Assembly: GCA_002633005.1 (NCBI GenBank)
Contig: NMRA01000623.1
Location: forward strand, 1-64,000
Source of the DNA: Phoronis australis
Taxonomy: Eukaryota; Animalia; Phoronida
Length of the DNA: 64,000 bases
Direction of reading: 5' to 3'
This document shows positions 13,501 through 25,830 of the stretch, piece after piece (position 1 is the first letter of the stretch; each line of letters opens with the position of its first letter). The notes under the pieces are model-generated. The model saw nothing but the letters and a program-made list of their open reading frames with translations, was not told where the DNA came from and did no database searches. The position numbers were made by a program, and so were the translations under genes.

Positions 13501-16500
13501 TTGGCAAAAGTGCTTTAACGGAGGTATTTCTCAAGGGTTATCATCATTGTTTAGCATTCGATTTTGCCAAGGACTGCTCTGTAGAACATCTTCAGTCATT
13601 CCTTACTCATATTTCTGTACTTGTGAAGAATTGACATTCTTAAGTGCCAACGCATGGGGAATAAAGGGACCAGCCAGGTCAAGTCCCAAATGTTAATATT
13701 ACCACACCCTGTGTTGCTGTGGTTTCACCATACAATGTACTTATGTCCAGGTTACCATGCCCCTCTGGATGTGTACGTGCATCTGAGTGCCATCGCTGAT
13801 GACCCTAAAGTACACAGTCTGGCCAAGGACAAACAGGTGAATGTATGTGTCGGCAAGGAGTGGTACCGCTTTCCCAACAGTTTCTACCTGCCCACTGACA
13901 AGTAGGTGTCATGAATCATCTTCTGTTTGTTGGATCTATACTTGTTGATAATGGGTAAATCTGTGGTGGTAATGAAGAGAGGCATCCGTATATACATCAT
14001 CTGAAAAGATTGAGAAATAATGGCCCATGTGGGCGAAGTAAGGACCCTGGGGTGGAATAAGGGCCTTGTTGGTGAAATAAAAGCCCACACAGGGTTGAAA
14101 CAAGGACCCACATGGCTTAATATATGCATGTATTTCTACATTTCACTAGCAACACGTAGTATTTTCAAGTTCCTCCCTTTAGCCCAGTGTCCCTAGAACC
14201 ATTCAAATGGACATTTATCTTGTTGAACACAAGTTTACGAGTTGGAATGCTTTTTGTGTTCTCAGAATTATTGATCTATTACAGTGAGATTTTTATTAAC
14301 AGGTCAGAGTGATGACCAACGTAAGCAATTGTTCTGAGGAGTGAATGTGATTGTCTGGCATGGCACTAACTAGTCTGTTTTATGAAACATTGTATTGTTA
14401 CATGACTTGTGTAAACAATTTCTGGTCATTGATTGACACTGGGAGTCATGAGAGGGCAAAGTTCAGTTTGTGATATTTTATTAATTATGGACGCATATTG
14501 TTGTCAGCTCCGGCGTTCACTGCTGTATCTCCTAAGCCCGGAGCAGGATCTGACTTCCAACCTGCCCCCTAATGTCAATTTTAGCTTTTTATATTTGTCT
14601 GAGTCTGTATCTAACTCATTCCTTAATGGAATATGGCAAACAGGTTGTATTGAGATGACTGCACTTTCCTAAATGTTGAACGAATTGGACTATAGTTTGC
14701 ATCTAGTGGTCATTTTAATTTTTTTCGAGTCTGCTAAACTGCTTGAAGGATTGTTATGAAATTTGGCTGCTGTGTTCTTTTTGGGAAGAGCATGGATGAA
14801 TCCGAATACAGTAGCAACCCTCAATAGCTACCAAGCTCTTCGATAGGTCTTCATGAAAGGTGTTTAAATTTGTGTGTTCCAGTTGAGGAGGACTTGGCTG
14901 ACATTGATTTCAGGACGAGCCCAACTTCTGTTACATCCACTATTTGCAATTTAGGTTTTCTTTCTGTGTGCCTCAACTTCTACCAAGTTTCAAGATAGAT
15001 CTTCATAAAATTTCAAGTTACTATGAAGGAAACAATGACAAGTAACCAGTTTCATATGGATTTGGCCTTTTTACAGCCTTCAGTGGCTGCTTTCTCTGTC
15101 TGTTTTGTGACGTCTGCCTCTTTATTGGCAAACCGTTTGCAGTTTCAGCATGGCCAAAAGTAATTTTTAGACTGTTTACTGTGGCAGTTTTAGTGCTTTT
15201 ACACTTGCATCAATGTCTACCTAGATCTTTGATGGATCTGAAATGTGGCGTGTGTTTTGCTGTTGAGGAAAGCAAGGCTGGTGTTGATTGTGGTATGGAT
15301 CTGCCGACTGCGGTGCACCCTGGTGAAAAAATCGTCATTGCATCTGTCTTAATACCTACCAAGTTCTTTGATGGATCTCCATGAAATTGTGTTCATTTTT
15401 TTTTTTTTTAATTAGAAGAGCATGACTGATGTTGATTTCTGTATGGATTTGACCAGTGGAAGTGTTTGAAAAAGTGGGCATCTATTATTTCTTGCCATTT
15501 GTGATGTACAAGGTTGGTGAATATTGACACTCTGCTTTGCTCTCGTCTGTATTTTTTCATAACACTGAAATTTGTGAAGGATTTCACTGTGAGGCAAAAT
15601 CTTTATGTAATCACATTAAATACAATGTTTCAAGAACAGTTAATTTTTCTGATTGTAATGGTTTGTTGCTTTTTACAACAGGTGGCAGCTGCAGTTTGTC
15701 CAGTCTGAGTTCAAAGGCCAACTTCCCAAGCCTTACATTGAAGGCAGGTTGTCAACCAGGATAATACCAACCAATATGAATGACATGAATGAAGAGGAAA
15801 CGAGTAGATATGTAGGTTCTGTTTATGAGTTGATGTGTATTTAGTGTATGATAAAATTTGAACCACTATGTAAATTTGTCTGATGTCTTCACAATGATGT
15901 GTGTCAAAGCTTGATTTTTGAACCATCCCTTCATTGCAGAACTCATAGTTTGTACTGTAACTGGAACTTAATACGTACATGCTTTAGTCATTGTTATAAA
16001 TGTACTGGATACTTTGCTGTTGCCTAGTTGAACTTCAGTAAGTATCATTATCTCTGGATAACTCAATATATCAATATATGACAATAAGTTGTTGATGTTA
16101 TTGTTGCCTAGGTGAACATCAGTAAGTGTCATTATCTCATCGACCTGGATGAGGAGCACCAGTCTAAGCTGCAGCCTCACTACTCCAGACAGACTGACCA
16201 GTGGTCAGTTCTACACACAGTCAAGTACATGGACACATCCAGGTGAGACACAACTGATGAGCAGTAATGGATTTTACTGCCAATTTCATTTTAAAACCAT
16301 CTCTGCAGATGTCAGATGTCATCCTGATAATCTAATAGATTTTCAACCGACATCATAAACAGACAACTTTGATTAGTCACTATGTACCTGTGGCAGCTAT
16401 GGCAAGACACTACAATACAGTTTTCCCTCTTGAGTTGCCATGTGTTAGCCAAAGAGTGGCACACGTTCATGAAAACGACTATTGTATCGTATCGTTTTAG

Positions 16501-18459
16501 CTTAGTCTATGTCAACTTGTCTGACACTGTACTGAGGTGACAATAAGAGGGTGGACTTGGTGGGTTCTTTTTTTTCAGAGATATTTATTAACTCAACCAA
16601 CCAGTACATAGTTGTGCGACAATATGACATCTAGTTTAGTGTACATCAAACAAATTACAAACATTATCGGACCCTACAAAAGCTAGTTAGGCAAAAAAGA
16701 CCACCTTGCCTGGAATCTCTCAAGATCCAATTTATCATTGTAAATAATTTTTTCCAGGTTGTAGTAATCATATACCTCACGTAAAAATGACTGAACATTC
16801 GCTAAGCAAAGAATTAAATTTACAGCTTCTAATCTACAGGCTGGGTCTCCAAACAAGGCGGAAGACATATTTAACTGCAGAGGGAAATTGCACTGATTTA
16901 TCATCCATGTTATTAAACATCCTCAAAACTTCTGAACAAGTGAACATTCCCAATACAAATGTAGAATTGTTTCTTCATGTTGCTCACAGAAAGAACATAA
17001 AGACGATTCACTAACACCTATTTTCTTTAAATAAGAGTTTGTACCAATAATTCTGTGGTTGATACGGAATTGAAACCATCTGAGTCTGACATCAGAAGTA
17101 CAATGATAAATTACAGAATGAATTTTTTTCCAAGATTGAGTTTCATCACATAAGTTAATTTCTCTCTCCCACTTCAATTCTGCGACAGGTTTTACATATA
17201 ATTTAGAAATAAATACTTCATAGATTTTCCCAGTCCCTTTATTTTCCNGAGTTGATGTGTATTTCGTGTATGATAAAATTTGAACCACTATGTAAATTTG
17301 TCTGATGTCTTCACAATGATGTGTGTCAAAGCTTGATTTTTGAACCATCCCTTCATTGCAGAACTCATAGTTTGTACTGTAACTGGAACTTAATACATAG
17401 TGCTTTAGTCATTATTATAAATGTACTGGATACTTTGCTGTTGCCTAGTTGAACATCAGTATTATCTCATCATACATCTACTGGATAACTCAATATATCA
17501 ATATATGACAATAAGTTGTTGATGTTATTGTTGCCTAGGTGAACATCAGTAAGTGTCATTATCTCATCGACCTGGATGAGGAGCACCAGTCTAAGCTGCA
17601 ACCTCACTACTCCAGACAGGCTGACCAGTGGTCAGTTCTACACACAGTCAAGTACATGGACACATCCAGGTGAGACACAACAGATGAGCAGTAATGGATT
17701 TTACTGTCAATTTCATTTTAAAACCATCTCTGAAGATGTCAGATGTCATCCTGATAATCTAATAGATTTTCAACGGACATCATAAACCGACAACTTTGAT
17801 TAGTCAATATGTACCTGTGGCAGCTACGGCAACAGTCACTGCAATACAGTTTTCCCTCGTGAGTTGCCATGTGTTAGCCAAAGAGTGGCACACGTTCATG
17901 ATAACGACTATTGTATCATATCGTTTTAGCTTAGTCTATGTCACCTTGTGTGACAGTGTACTGAGGTGACAATAAGAGGGTGGACTTGGTGGGTTCTGCT
18001 TTTGATTCCATTATGAGTTACGTGAACTTAAAACATTTATAAAACTTGGAGCAGTCTAGGAACATGGCTTTAAACTACGCCAAGTCATGTTTGAAGAAGG
18101 GAATATATCAGTAGAATGTCAACTCCAAGGGGTCCACTGTTGCTGTATAACACTAAAAACTTTAATTCGAATATTGAAAAGCCTCTTAATACATGATATC
18201 GCTACCAAAATAAAACTGAGGCTGTATCATTTCAGATGAATAATCATGTAGTGTCACTTTTTTGATTCTGTTATCTCATTAGTTTAAGTTGATAGAGTTA
18301 TGCATTGTCTCTAATCCCATTTTCTCTATTTTCAGGTCATCAGCTTTCTTCAGAGCCTTTTACATACCAGTCCTCTCCTTCAGACACACTACCTATATCA
18401 ATTACAATCTTCTCAAGACAAAGAGGACAAAAAATAAAAAGCTTGTTCTTCAAATGTAG
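1580..18459 (+). CDS. ALG9: ALG9 alpha-1,2-mannosyltransferase (GT22), ~592 aa, 15 exons: 1580-1650, 4693-4834, 5407-5541, 5925-5995, 6494-6656, 7282-7343, 8521-8714 (dup 10271-10464), 9532-9620 (dup 11234-11322), 12061-12106, 12902-13044, 13348-13474, 13751-13901, 15682-15811, 16112-16242 (dup 17539-17669), 18336-18459
   Basis: All exons are GT-AG bounded with consistent phases. Hallmark motifs are ISDCDETFNYWEP, GFQTWEYSPVYAIRSYAY, GPDLYGVEPWTFY, PHKEERFLFPIYP, NVCVGKEWYRFPNSF, SEFKGQLP and FRAFYIP. Exon 1 is assigned on phase fit (AG|G) and position, so it is less certain. Confidence 0.95.
1826..2622 (+). mobile_element. Non-coding interspersed element family A (~780-800 bp), hairpin-ended, starting at an AGCC/AGCT microsatellite; probable non-autonomous DNA transposon
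   Basis: Homologous to copies at 24.29-25.05, 25.07-25.83 (inverted) and 25.92-26.63 kb. It has an imperfect terminal inverted repeat (ttgccttgttgcaagc / gctttaaaccaaggcta) and a subterminal stem-loop aaagctgtata-tttag-tatacagcttt. Confidence 0.75.
3323..3598. mobile_element. MITE with ~38 bp TIRs and TTAA target-site duplication (Kolobok-like RR...YY termini)
   Basis: ttaa|aaaccagacgatcgcagcacaaatgaagaagttcatga ... tcatgaacttcttcatttgtgcggcgatcgtccggttt|ttaa; TTAA at 3319-3322 and 3599-3602. Confidence 0.75.
4835..5035 (+). repeat. Minisatellite, ~37-39 bp unit, ~6 degenerate copies, starting at the ALG9 exon 2 donor
   Basis: Repeated gtatg(a/t)tgt..gtttaggttaacctggxtggtagtga. Confidence 0.8.
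5056..5254 (+). repeat. Tandem repeat, 67 bp x 3 near-identical copies
   Basis: ttcttcattctaat(g/a)ttgttatagtctggtacaaactctggtaatgcacatgtcagtacatgaaa at 5056, 5123 and 5190. Confidence 0.9.
7068..7256 (+). repeat. Degenerate ~22 bp minisatellite just upstream of ALG9 exon 6
   Basis: Repeated agtgcagacat(a/t)ct(t/g)tgttattt units. Confidence 0.7.
7946..11395 (+). repeat. ~1.75 kb tandem segmental copy (7946-9698 vs 9700-~11395) across a single-N gap; contains ALG9 exons 7-8; probable uncollapsed haplotypes
   Basis: N at 9699. The copies differ by scattered SNPs and small indels, and a 36 bp VNTR has 5 units in one copy (8921-~9085) and 4 in the other (10662-~10795). Confidence 0.85.
15827..17998 (+). 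repeat. Tandem copy across an N gap (15827-16568 vs 17249-~17998) containing ALG9 exon 14; probable uncollapsed haplotypes
   Basis: N at 17248. The copies are near identical; copy 1 diverges into a LINE after ...ggtgggttct while copy 2 continues ...ggtgggttctgc. Confidence 0.85.
16569..17247 (-). mobile_element. 3' fragment of an L1/Tx1-clade non-LTR retrotransposon (ORF2 C-terminal zf-RVT region) with polyA signal and A tail; 5' part lost in the gap
   Basis: Minus-strand translation ...LRWFQFRINHRIIGTNSYL...LCSFCEQHEETILHLYWECSLVQKF*...LFGD...NLILCLA...ERFQARW, with a CxxC...HxxxxC zinc knuckle and one TGA where W is expected. Downstream are AATAAA and a short A run (plus-strand tttttttt...atttatt at 16569-16589). 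Confidence 0.85.
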
Positions 18460-20479
18460 TTTATGGTCAATTAGTAAGATTGTCATCACACCAATGGTAG
18501 TCTTAAGAGCATTCTATGTCATTAGTTTGTGGTGCAGGAAATTCAAATTTCTTAAACCCTGTTCTGCAAAATCGTTTTAGCATGAGTTGCCATTTTAGCT
18601 TGTCGGTGCAGTTGCTTTTGGCAATACTAGGATCATTTCTGCTGGCATTGTCAACTCACACAAATTCTTTATTTGTTATGCATTGTTGTGAAATGGACAC
18701 AAAAGTAGAGTTATATGTAAAGCTGACATTTGCAAACTAAAGCATTGTGGGACAGTGAAAGAGAGATTGAATATTGACCTTTTGTATGCACAGCCATCAT
18801 ATCCACAAAGGACTGTGGGATTTTCTTTTAAATTGACCAATCGTGTCGTGTGAAGTTGGAAAAATTATACTCAGCGTGGCACACGAGACAAATCTTGAGC
18901 AAAGTTTGGTGGCGACGGGCCCTGGATTGACAGAATCATTTTCCATCGATCTATGCTCTGCTATACGCAGACATCCGATTTCATTATCCATAAAAAAGGT
19001 CATTACACGTCCTAGGCTTGTAACTAGTGCAACTAACAAATAGAAAGTCCTTCCTCAATATTCATTTCTCAAACAGCACGATACCTGCAACTGGCTGGGT
19101 GAACGATGTTGGGAAATCACAAAAACATATAAAACTATTCCCATGTCCACTTGGAGTGATACTTTCACAGAGAAAACTGCTGGCATTTTTATTGACATGC
19201 GTATGGGTACTGGTGTTTTGCCCTTACACTGGAATTGTTTTAATAAATCTTCACCAAATAAGCAATTTAATATAATTTGCAATGTCCTAGTTGTACACAA
19301 TTGTGTTTAGATTTAGACTGTAATAGTTGTGCAATATTTGAATTTCTGACAGACTGTGCAAGTGTGCTGAATGACAGGTCAATAAATACTGCGTGCCTCG
19401 GTACTCATAGTTGAGTTAAGTTGAAGTGAATCTCCTGGACTTTAGTTAGACTGGTAGTTGACAGGTGTCTCTACATGTGAATCTAGGACACTAAATTCAC
19501 CAGAGGCTTGAATAGTCCCTAATGACAATGAAGCTAAAAATACCCAATATTAACCCAGATCGATCAAGCCTTTTCAAGATGTTTCAACTTGCCTGAATCA
19601 TCAGCAGTCTTACTCAAGCTAACTAAGCAATGACTAGTATGAAATTGGAGAAAAATATCAAACAAGTTGACTTTCGGTCAAATTTGGCCAAATACACCAT
19701 GGGTGATGTGGACTGAACAGAAATTGTTGGCATTTAGTCCAGTATTTGACAGAAAATCTATAACTTCATACATGTCACTAATTTTGTTGATCCAAGATTA
19801 TTTTAGACAAAGTATGCTTGTATTTGCCTATTACTGGAAGGTATGCTTCTTGATGTCGATGTATTTTGAGAATGGGGATAGATAAAAGTATTGATGTGGA
19901 TGAGTTTCTGTTGTACATTTATTGAAATGGGTGAATGTTTATTGAGGGTAGCTGTGGAAAAGTTTTAATAAAACAAGTCTTGTGCTGTTATTTCATGGAG
20001 TGTTGGCTTATGGGGATCTTTGATCAGCTGTACGTGTCTACGTGTTAAGCAAACAATTGCAATGGAATCTCATTGCAACGTATCTTGTTTGGAACACTAA
20101 CAGTGATAGCATACAAACTTCTAAGTCTAGATTTTATCTGATGTGTGTAACTCTGTCCTGGTTACAACAAACTATCGCTATAGTGGACAAATATCGAATG
20201 TCCCTCGAGGTACGTTGTAACGAGATATGACTGCAGTGTCATTTAAAAGATCACAACAGACGCCTGTTTTCTAATGTCTTCACATGCAAGCATAACAGGT
20301 CATGATTTTGGGGAAACGCAAAATGCGTAATGACCAACAGGGTTGTGGATAAGTGACTTATCTGCATTAAATGAGCTTTTTCATGGGATTACTGCATCCA
20401 GACAACCATTAACACACTGCCATGCATTGTTACATGTAATTTAATGCAATTGCACTGCCAATCACCACCCCATACACTG

Positions 20480-21439
20480 CTATGTCAGAGGTGCACTCTG
20501 TTGAATTTGACTCCAAACGTACTTCCAGTTATACAGCTGTATCCATGACTCGGGAATGAAGAACAGAGCATCATTGATGGCAATTTTTGATTTATAGGCA
20601 TCAGCCAGTGACGCCCCCATCCTATAGGGGGAGACACCGTGCTGTGCTCTGATATTAACGTGTTTCCGAACTAAACCAGTCATAAACACATCGTCAATAA
20701 ATATTGGTGGAACCTGGTATGAGCTTCTCCAGAGTTTGGTAGCCACATCAGGTGATAGAATGTAGGCAGTGCCCCTGCAGAAGTCTGGGAACTTGCCATC
20801 ATCCGGGTATTCCTCGTAAGTCAATTTCCATTTTCCAAACGGAAAACTCCAGCGGTGTGGATACTCTTTATCAAAAACGTGGCAGTACAGAAAATCCGTG
20901 ACAAGAGACATCTGAAGTTTACTCATCAGAAACTGTGACAAGTGATAAACATTAACCATGACATCATCGTCCATTTTCACGATGAATTTGGTACTTTTGC
21001 AATATATACTTGGCCACTTCATGGCCATTTGATTCTTTAAAGTTAAATTTCTGTATGTGTCCATAAAATCTTGTTGAAGGATGTCTTTATACTTTTCATT
21101 TTCTTCTGAAATTGACCTTTGCAGCTTCTCATTTCTTCCAAGCACAAAAAACACTTTGATGTTAAAATGACTAGTTTGTGTTACTGTGGCCCAGGTAGTT
21201 CTTATGTTGAGTCGCCGTTCAAAGTTTGCACATCCACTGTGAACCATAAAGAGTAAGGTAATGTTGTCTGATGAACACACATAAGGATGATTGATGATGA
21301 ATTTGTAGAGGTGAGGGTCTTGAGTGAAGCCTGTGTATATGGCGTTGATAGACAGTGATCTGGTGTAGGTCAACGCTATGTAAATGAAGCAGCCAATTCC
21401 CAAGAAGCACAGACAGTGGCGAACTTTTACATTCAGCAT
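20480..21439 (-). CDS. Beta-1,3-galactosyltransferase family protein (CAZy GT31, Galactosyl_T), 319 aa, single coding exon
   Basis: Type II membrane anchor near the N-terminus and motifs RRLNIRTTW, FFVLG, DILQQDFMDTYRNLTLK, KMDDDVMVN (DxD), FPDFCRGTAYILS and FIDDVFMTG. An acceptor tttcag lies 1 nt before the ATG at 21439, implying an upstream non-coding exon. Confidence 0.92.
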   Translation of the reverse strand: MLNVKVRHCLCFLGIGCFIYIALTYTRSLSINAIYTGFTQDPHLYKFIINHPYVCSSDNITLLFMVHSGCANFERRLNIRTTWATVTQTSHFNIKVFFVLGRNEKLQRSISEENEKYKDILQQDFMDTYRNLTLKNQMAMKWPSIYCKSTKFIVKMDDDVMVNVYHLSQFLMSKLQMSLVTDFLYCHVFDKEYPHRWSFPFGKWKLTYEEYPDDGKFPDFCRGTAYILSPDVATKLWRSSYQVPPIFIDDVFMTGLVRKHVNIRAQHGVSPYRMGASLADAYKSKIAINDALFFIPESWIQLYNWKYVWSQIQQSAPLT

Positions 21440-21766
21440 TCTGAAATTGAAAAAAACAAGACACATGTACATAATTTCAACAGTGGCAAAATGGTATTAT
21501 TAATGGACCTCATGTTGTCAATTATATTATCCACTGGAAACCAATTGGCTGTTTTACAATATTTCAGCTCAAAATACTGCAGTACCTCATCTTCATTCTT
21601 GTGAATCTTAATTAAAATACGAAATGTATAACGTGTAGCGAGAAAAAGATTTAGTGATAGTTAAGTCAAATACCCACTGCAAATTCCATTGACATTGTGA
21701 GTGAAAGTTGAAATAGCGAAGTTAACATGGTTTTTTGACCAAAGACAAATTTTCACCGACTAATTA

Positions 21767-23039
21767 CCGTATTCACCCTAATGAGCGTCCATGCCCCTAT
21801 AAGCAGCCAGTCCATGAACGTGTACATGCAAAAAATCCCTTACCTACAGTTCTAAAATTCTACAGAAACATCTCCAATATATCAATAAGATCCAACAGTC
21901 CTAAAAAAAATCATTGTGCACGGAATTAGTTGACCACCAGCCTTGCCGCTATATAGGTATTTAGCCGTGACTCTACACTTCAAACTTCCGCCGTGCTTCA
22001 AAAACAACGTAAAAGTTTTGCTGATCTTACGAATGTTATACCTATAACTGTTTGATTTAATTGTACTTGTCACTATAATAAATAAATACTACTACTACAG
22101 CTCTTCTCTCTCAACAGAAATCCAAATTTCTTTAAACACGTGAAAACTGCGAATCGAAGACTATAATAGACCAGTGTTAAAAGCACGTGTCCAGGAAGCG
22201 TGCATTACATACATGTACCTGTCATCGAAGACATTAGTCTTCGGGAACTATCTATTCATGAAACGGGTAGCATAGCATCCGCAAGAAATAAATATTGGCA
22301 TTAATTTCCAAAAGTTTCTAATATCATAAAAAAACGTTTGCCTTATGTTTAGGAGGAATTATGTAATTAATCATAATTGGTGTTTCTAAAGTCAAAATAA
22401 CCCACACACCACCCCNCCCCCCGAATCTGCCGGAAAATAACTTCCAGTTACTCGGCAACTCACCGAGACAATTATTGAACATTTTTTAGCAGATGAGATC
22501 AACAAGTGCTAAATAAAACATGTTTTGCTTTACTGCTTGTGTTGATTTCTTCCTAGATCATTACACTGTGTTTACGCTGGCAAATGAACTCTGATGACAA
22601 GCACGCGCTCGCTCACTCACACAATACGCAGATGAACTTAAAGCAAATGTCACGTGATAACAACATGTGTGTTCATCCATAGTTTTTTCTCATGTTGCGG
22701 GGTACAATCTAGCGCAGATTTGCACTTAATGCAGTTAATCCTAACTCCATAGGAACTTAAAAATCTTAGGGATGCTATTTTGAAACTTAAGACGGACTTC
22801 CGACAATTTGTTAAATCGAAACTGTATTTTTATTCAAGAATTCAAGTTGCTCTATCGGCGATAGCGAAAGAAAGTCTGTCATAGGTTAGATACGTCACAG
22901 AGCATTACATTTGATGAATCCTAGCTTAAGATTTCACCCATTTCGGAGACCAGTTTCAACCGCCTTCAGGCTATAATAAGTGCCCACTCCTGAAACGAAT
23001 TTTTCTAAGTGCCGTGGGAGCTTATTAGGGTGAATAGGG
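21767..23039. mobile_element. Non-autonomous Tc1/mariner-type element (~1.27 kb, spans the N gap at 22416) with ~27 bp imperfect TIRs and TA TSD
   Basis: ta|ccgtattcaccctaatgagcgtccatg ... cgtgggagcttattagggtgaataggg|ta. Confidence 0.65.
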
Positions 23040-24286
23040 TATAACTGCCAGATTTTGAAGACTTGCGACGTTTTCTACTTTTTCTCGGCTTCGTCATATC
23101 TATTTAATTTGTACTTAGGAACACAAGTTCTCAAAAACGCCTTTGTGAATTTCACTGAAACTTTCCAAATTTTATATCTATTAATCAATCTCAAAAACGC
23201 CATTAGAATTTTCCTTTTAAATGCCTAGTTTTTGCGTACCAAAGAAAGACGAATATGACTGCTAGTTAAGTTTTGTGAGTAAATTTAGCATAGAAACAAA
23301 ACTAAATGAGAAATTAAAAATTACTAACAGCATTTCTGAGGTAAACTGTAACGTTTTCATTTAAATAGAGTTTCATTAAAATCTAGCACGACCAAGGGGT
23401 TATTCTGCTTTGGATCGGATGTACTAATTTCTAACAATGAAATTTTAATTTAAAAAGATGTTATCATAACAATAATAATGGCACATCTATGTACAGCATA
23501 TTTTTTATAATCTTCAACCCTTTTCTTTTAGAAGATATATACTTTTACTAGTTGACATAGCCTGGTTTTTTCGATATATGAGTTTGAAGGTCACTAAATA
23601 ACTACCACTGAAGGCAGTAGAGCAAGGCTTGAGATAACCTGCGAAGAGAGACCTTTAGTACATTACTATATTTACTAAAATAAAAAGTCTAACACACCTT
23701 TTGAAAAGAATTCGTAATACTCCATAGTCTTTGAACAACATCTGGTCAAAGAATGCTTACTCAAAGCAACTAAATGGTCCAAGAAACACCCCTTGATAAA
23801 CTAAATGTCTGACACTGATTCGAAGTTTCGAGCGTCTGCAGAACCGGAAGCGAATAATAATGTAAAGTTGTCATTGATAAATATATTAAGTTAAGTTTTT
23901 ATAGACTTAAAAAGCAACATAAGCCTGCATTAGATTTAAAAACCTCATATTGCCATTTCATTTAAAAATTTGTGAGCCAGATACGAATTCATTTCCTTTT
24001 CTATTAGCTATTCATAACTTTATTGATTTTTTTCTTTAGTCGAGTTCTTTATGTAAACGAATTGCTAACTCAACATGCTCGAAGAGAAGAAAACACGAGA
24101 GCCAGACCGTACGCATGTGAATAGTTATTTACAGACAAGTTGCGTGTCTAGGTACGCTCGGCACCTCACCTGTTCTCTGGCTTGAAACATGCCTGTCATG
24201 TGGATTTATCACCTGATTGTCAACACTGTCACCCTGGTGTTGGTGTTGTCCATTCAATTACCCATGTTACATGGAACGTTATCGTT

Positions 24287-25049
24287 AGCCAGCCAGCTAA
24301 CTGAGCTGTATGAAGAGTGTCGTCAAAATACAGCTAGGTTCCACTGTGTGTATTTCTTCCGTAGATTCCGATATTGCACACATCCAGGGTAGTTCTGCTC
24401 ATCACCTCGCCGTGAAACGTGTATCAACCTGTAAAGCTAAAGACCGCATGGGGTGCATGCAAAATCTGGGAATCAATTAACCGAAACTCACCTTGCCCGT
24501 TACAGCCGGTTTAAGTGAAAACCAATGCAATGAACGTCATTTTCGCGGCCTTTTCTAACAATGAAGGGTATGTCGCCATTTTGAAAACAGTACGCTAATG
24601 TGTCATGCGCACGCGCCATTTCCTAAATTTTTGTGACTTCTCTCAGGAGATGATGATAGCTTGGCAGCAACAAAATTTCTTCTGAAATTCGGTTTTTTGG
24701 TATCAAAATTCTAAAAACTTATAGTTAAGTGAAACCAGTTCCGATAATTTGTTGTGACGTGTAAGCAACCTCATGAAAGAAGAACAGTTGATTGAAGAAT
24801 CAGGGAAAAAAAATGGCCAATAGGTGACGCAAATTCATGGTGCCGAAAGCCGTCGCTAAAGATCGCCCCACAACTTTAGCAGAAGAATAACGGTAGAACG
24901 CCATTTTTGCCAACACTGTTAAATAATTTAGTTTACTCAAGGAAGACTAGTTTTTAATCAAACTAATTTTGTGTCAGATTTTATCTTACCACTTTTTATC
25001 ACATCGGTACAAAGCTGTATGTTTTGTATACAGCTTTGTTCCAAGGTTA
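24287..25049 (+). mobile_element. Element family A copy (forward)
   Basis: agccagccagct...gctgtatgaagagtgtcgtcaaaatacagctagg... through aaagctgtatgttttgtatacagctttgttccaaggtta; collinear with 1840-2622. Confidence 0.8.
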
Positions 25050-25062
25050 ATGGAAAGTCAGC

Positions 25063-25830
25063 TGACCTTGGTAGGCCTACAAAGCTGTTATCACCAATCT
25101 GGATAAAAAAGTGGTAAGATAAAATCTGACACAAAATTAATGTCATTAAAAACTAACAGTCTTCCTTGAGTAAACTAAATTATTTAACGGTCGGTGTTGG
25201 AAAAAATGGCGTTCTACCGTTATTCTGCTGCTAAAGTTGTGGAGCAATCTTTAGCGACGGCTTTCGGCGCCATGAAGTATTGCGTCACCTATTGACCATA
25301 GTTTCTTTTTTCACCAATTCTGCAATCAACTGTTCTTTCACGAGGTTGCGTACACGTCACAACAAATTATCGGAACTGGTTTCACTTCATTATAAGTTTT
25401 TAGAATTTTGATACCGAAAAACCGAATTTCAGAAGAAATTTTGCTTTTGCCAAACTATCACCATCTCCTGAGAGGTGTCGCAAAAATTTAGGAAATGGCG
25501 CGTGCGCGTGGCACGAGCGTACTGTTTTCAAAACGACGACATACTTTTCATTGTTAGAAAAGGCAGAGAGTTTCGCAAGAAAATGACATTTATTGCATTG
25601 TTTTTCACTTAAACGGCTGTATCGGGCAAAGGTGAGTGTCGGTTGATTCCCATATTTTGCATGCACCCCATGCGGTCTTTAGCTTTACATGTTGATACAA
25701 GTTTCACGGCGAAGTGACAAGCAGAACTGCCCTGGCTGTGTGCAATTTCGGAGTCTAGGGAAGAAATATATAAAGTGGTACCTAGCTGTATTTTGATGAC
25801 AGTCTTCATACAGCTAGCTGGCTTGTAGCT
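25063..25830 (-). mobile_element. Element family A copy (inverted)
   Basis: Reverse complement is collinear with 1850-2570 (e.g. ...ttttgatgacagtcttcatacagctagctggc). ORFs 25400-25666 and 25609-25809 (minus) mirror ORFs 1966-2331 and 1857-2057 (plus). Confidence 0.8.

Noticed and set aside
1580-21439. Adjacency of two glycosyltransferase genes (ALG9 and GT31) as a functional cluster
   Set aside because: Convergent orientation, different compartments and pathways, and no shared regulatory evidence; likely chance neighbourhood.
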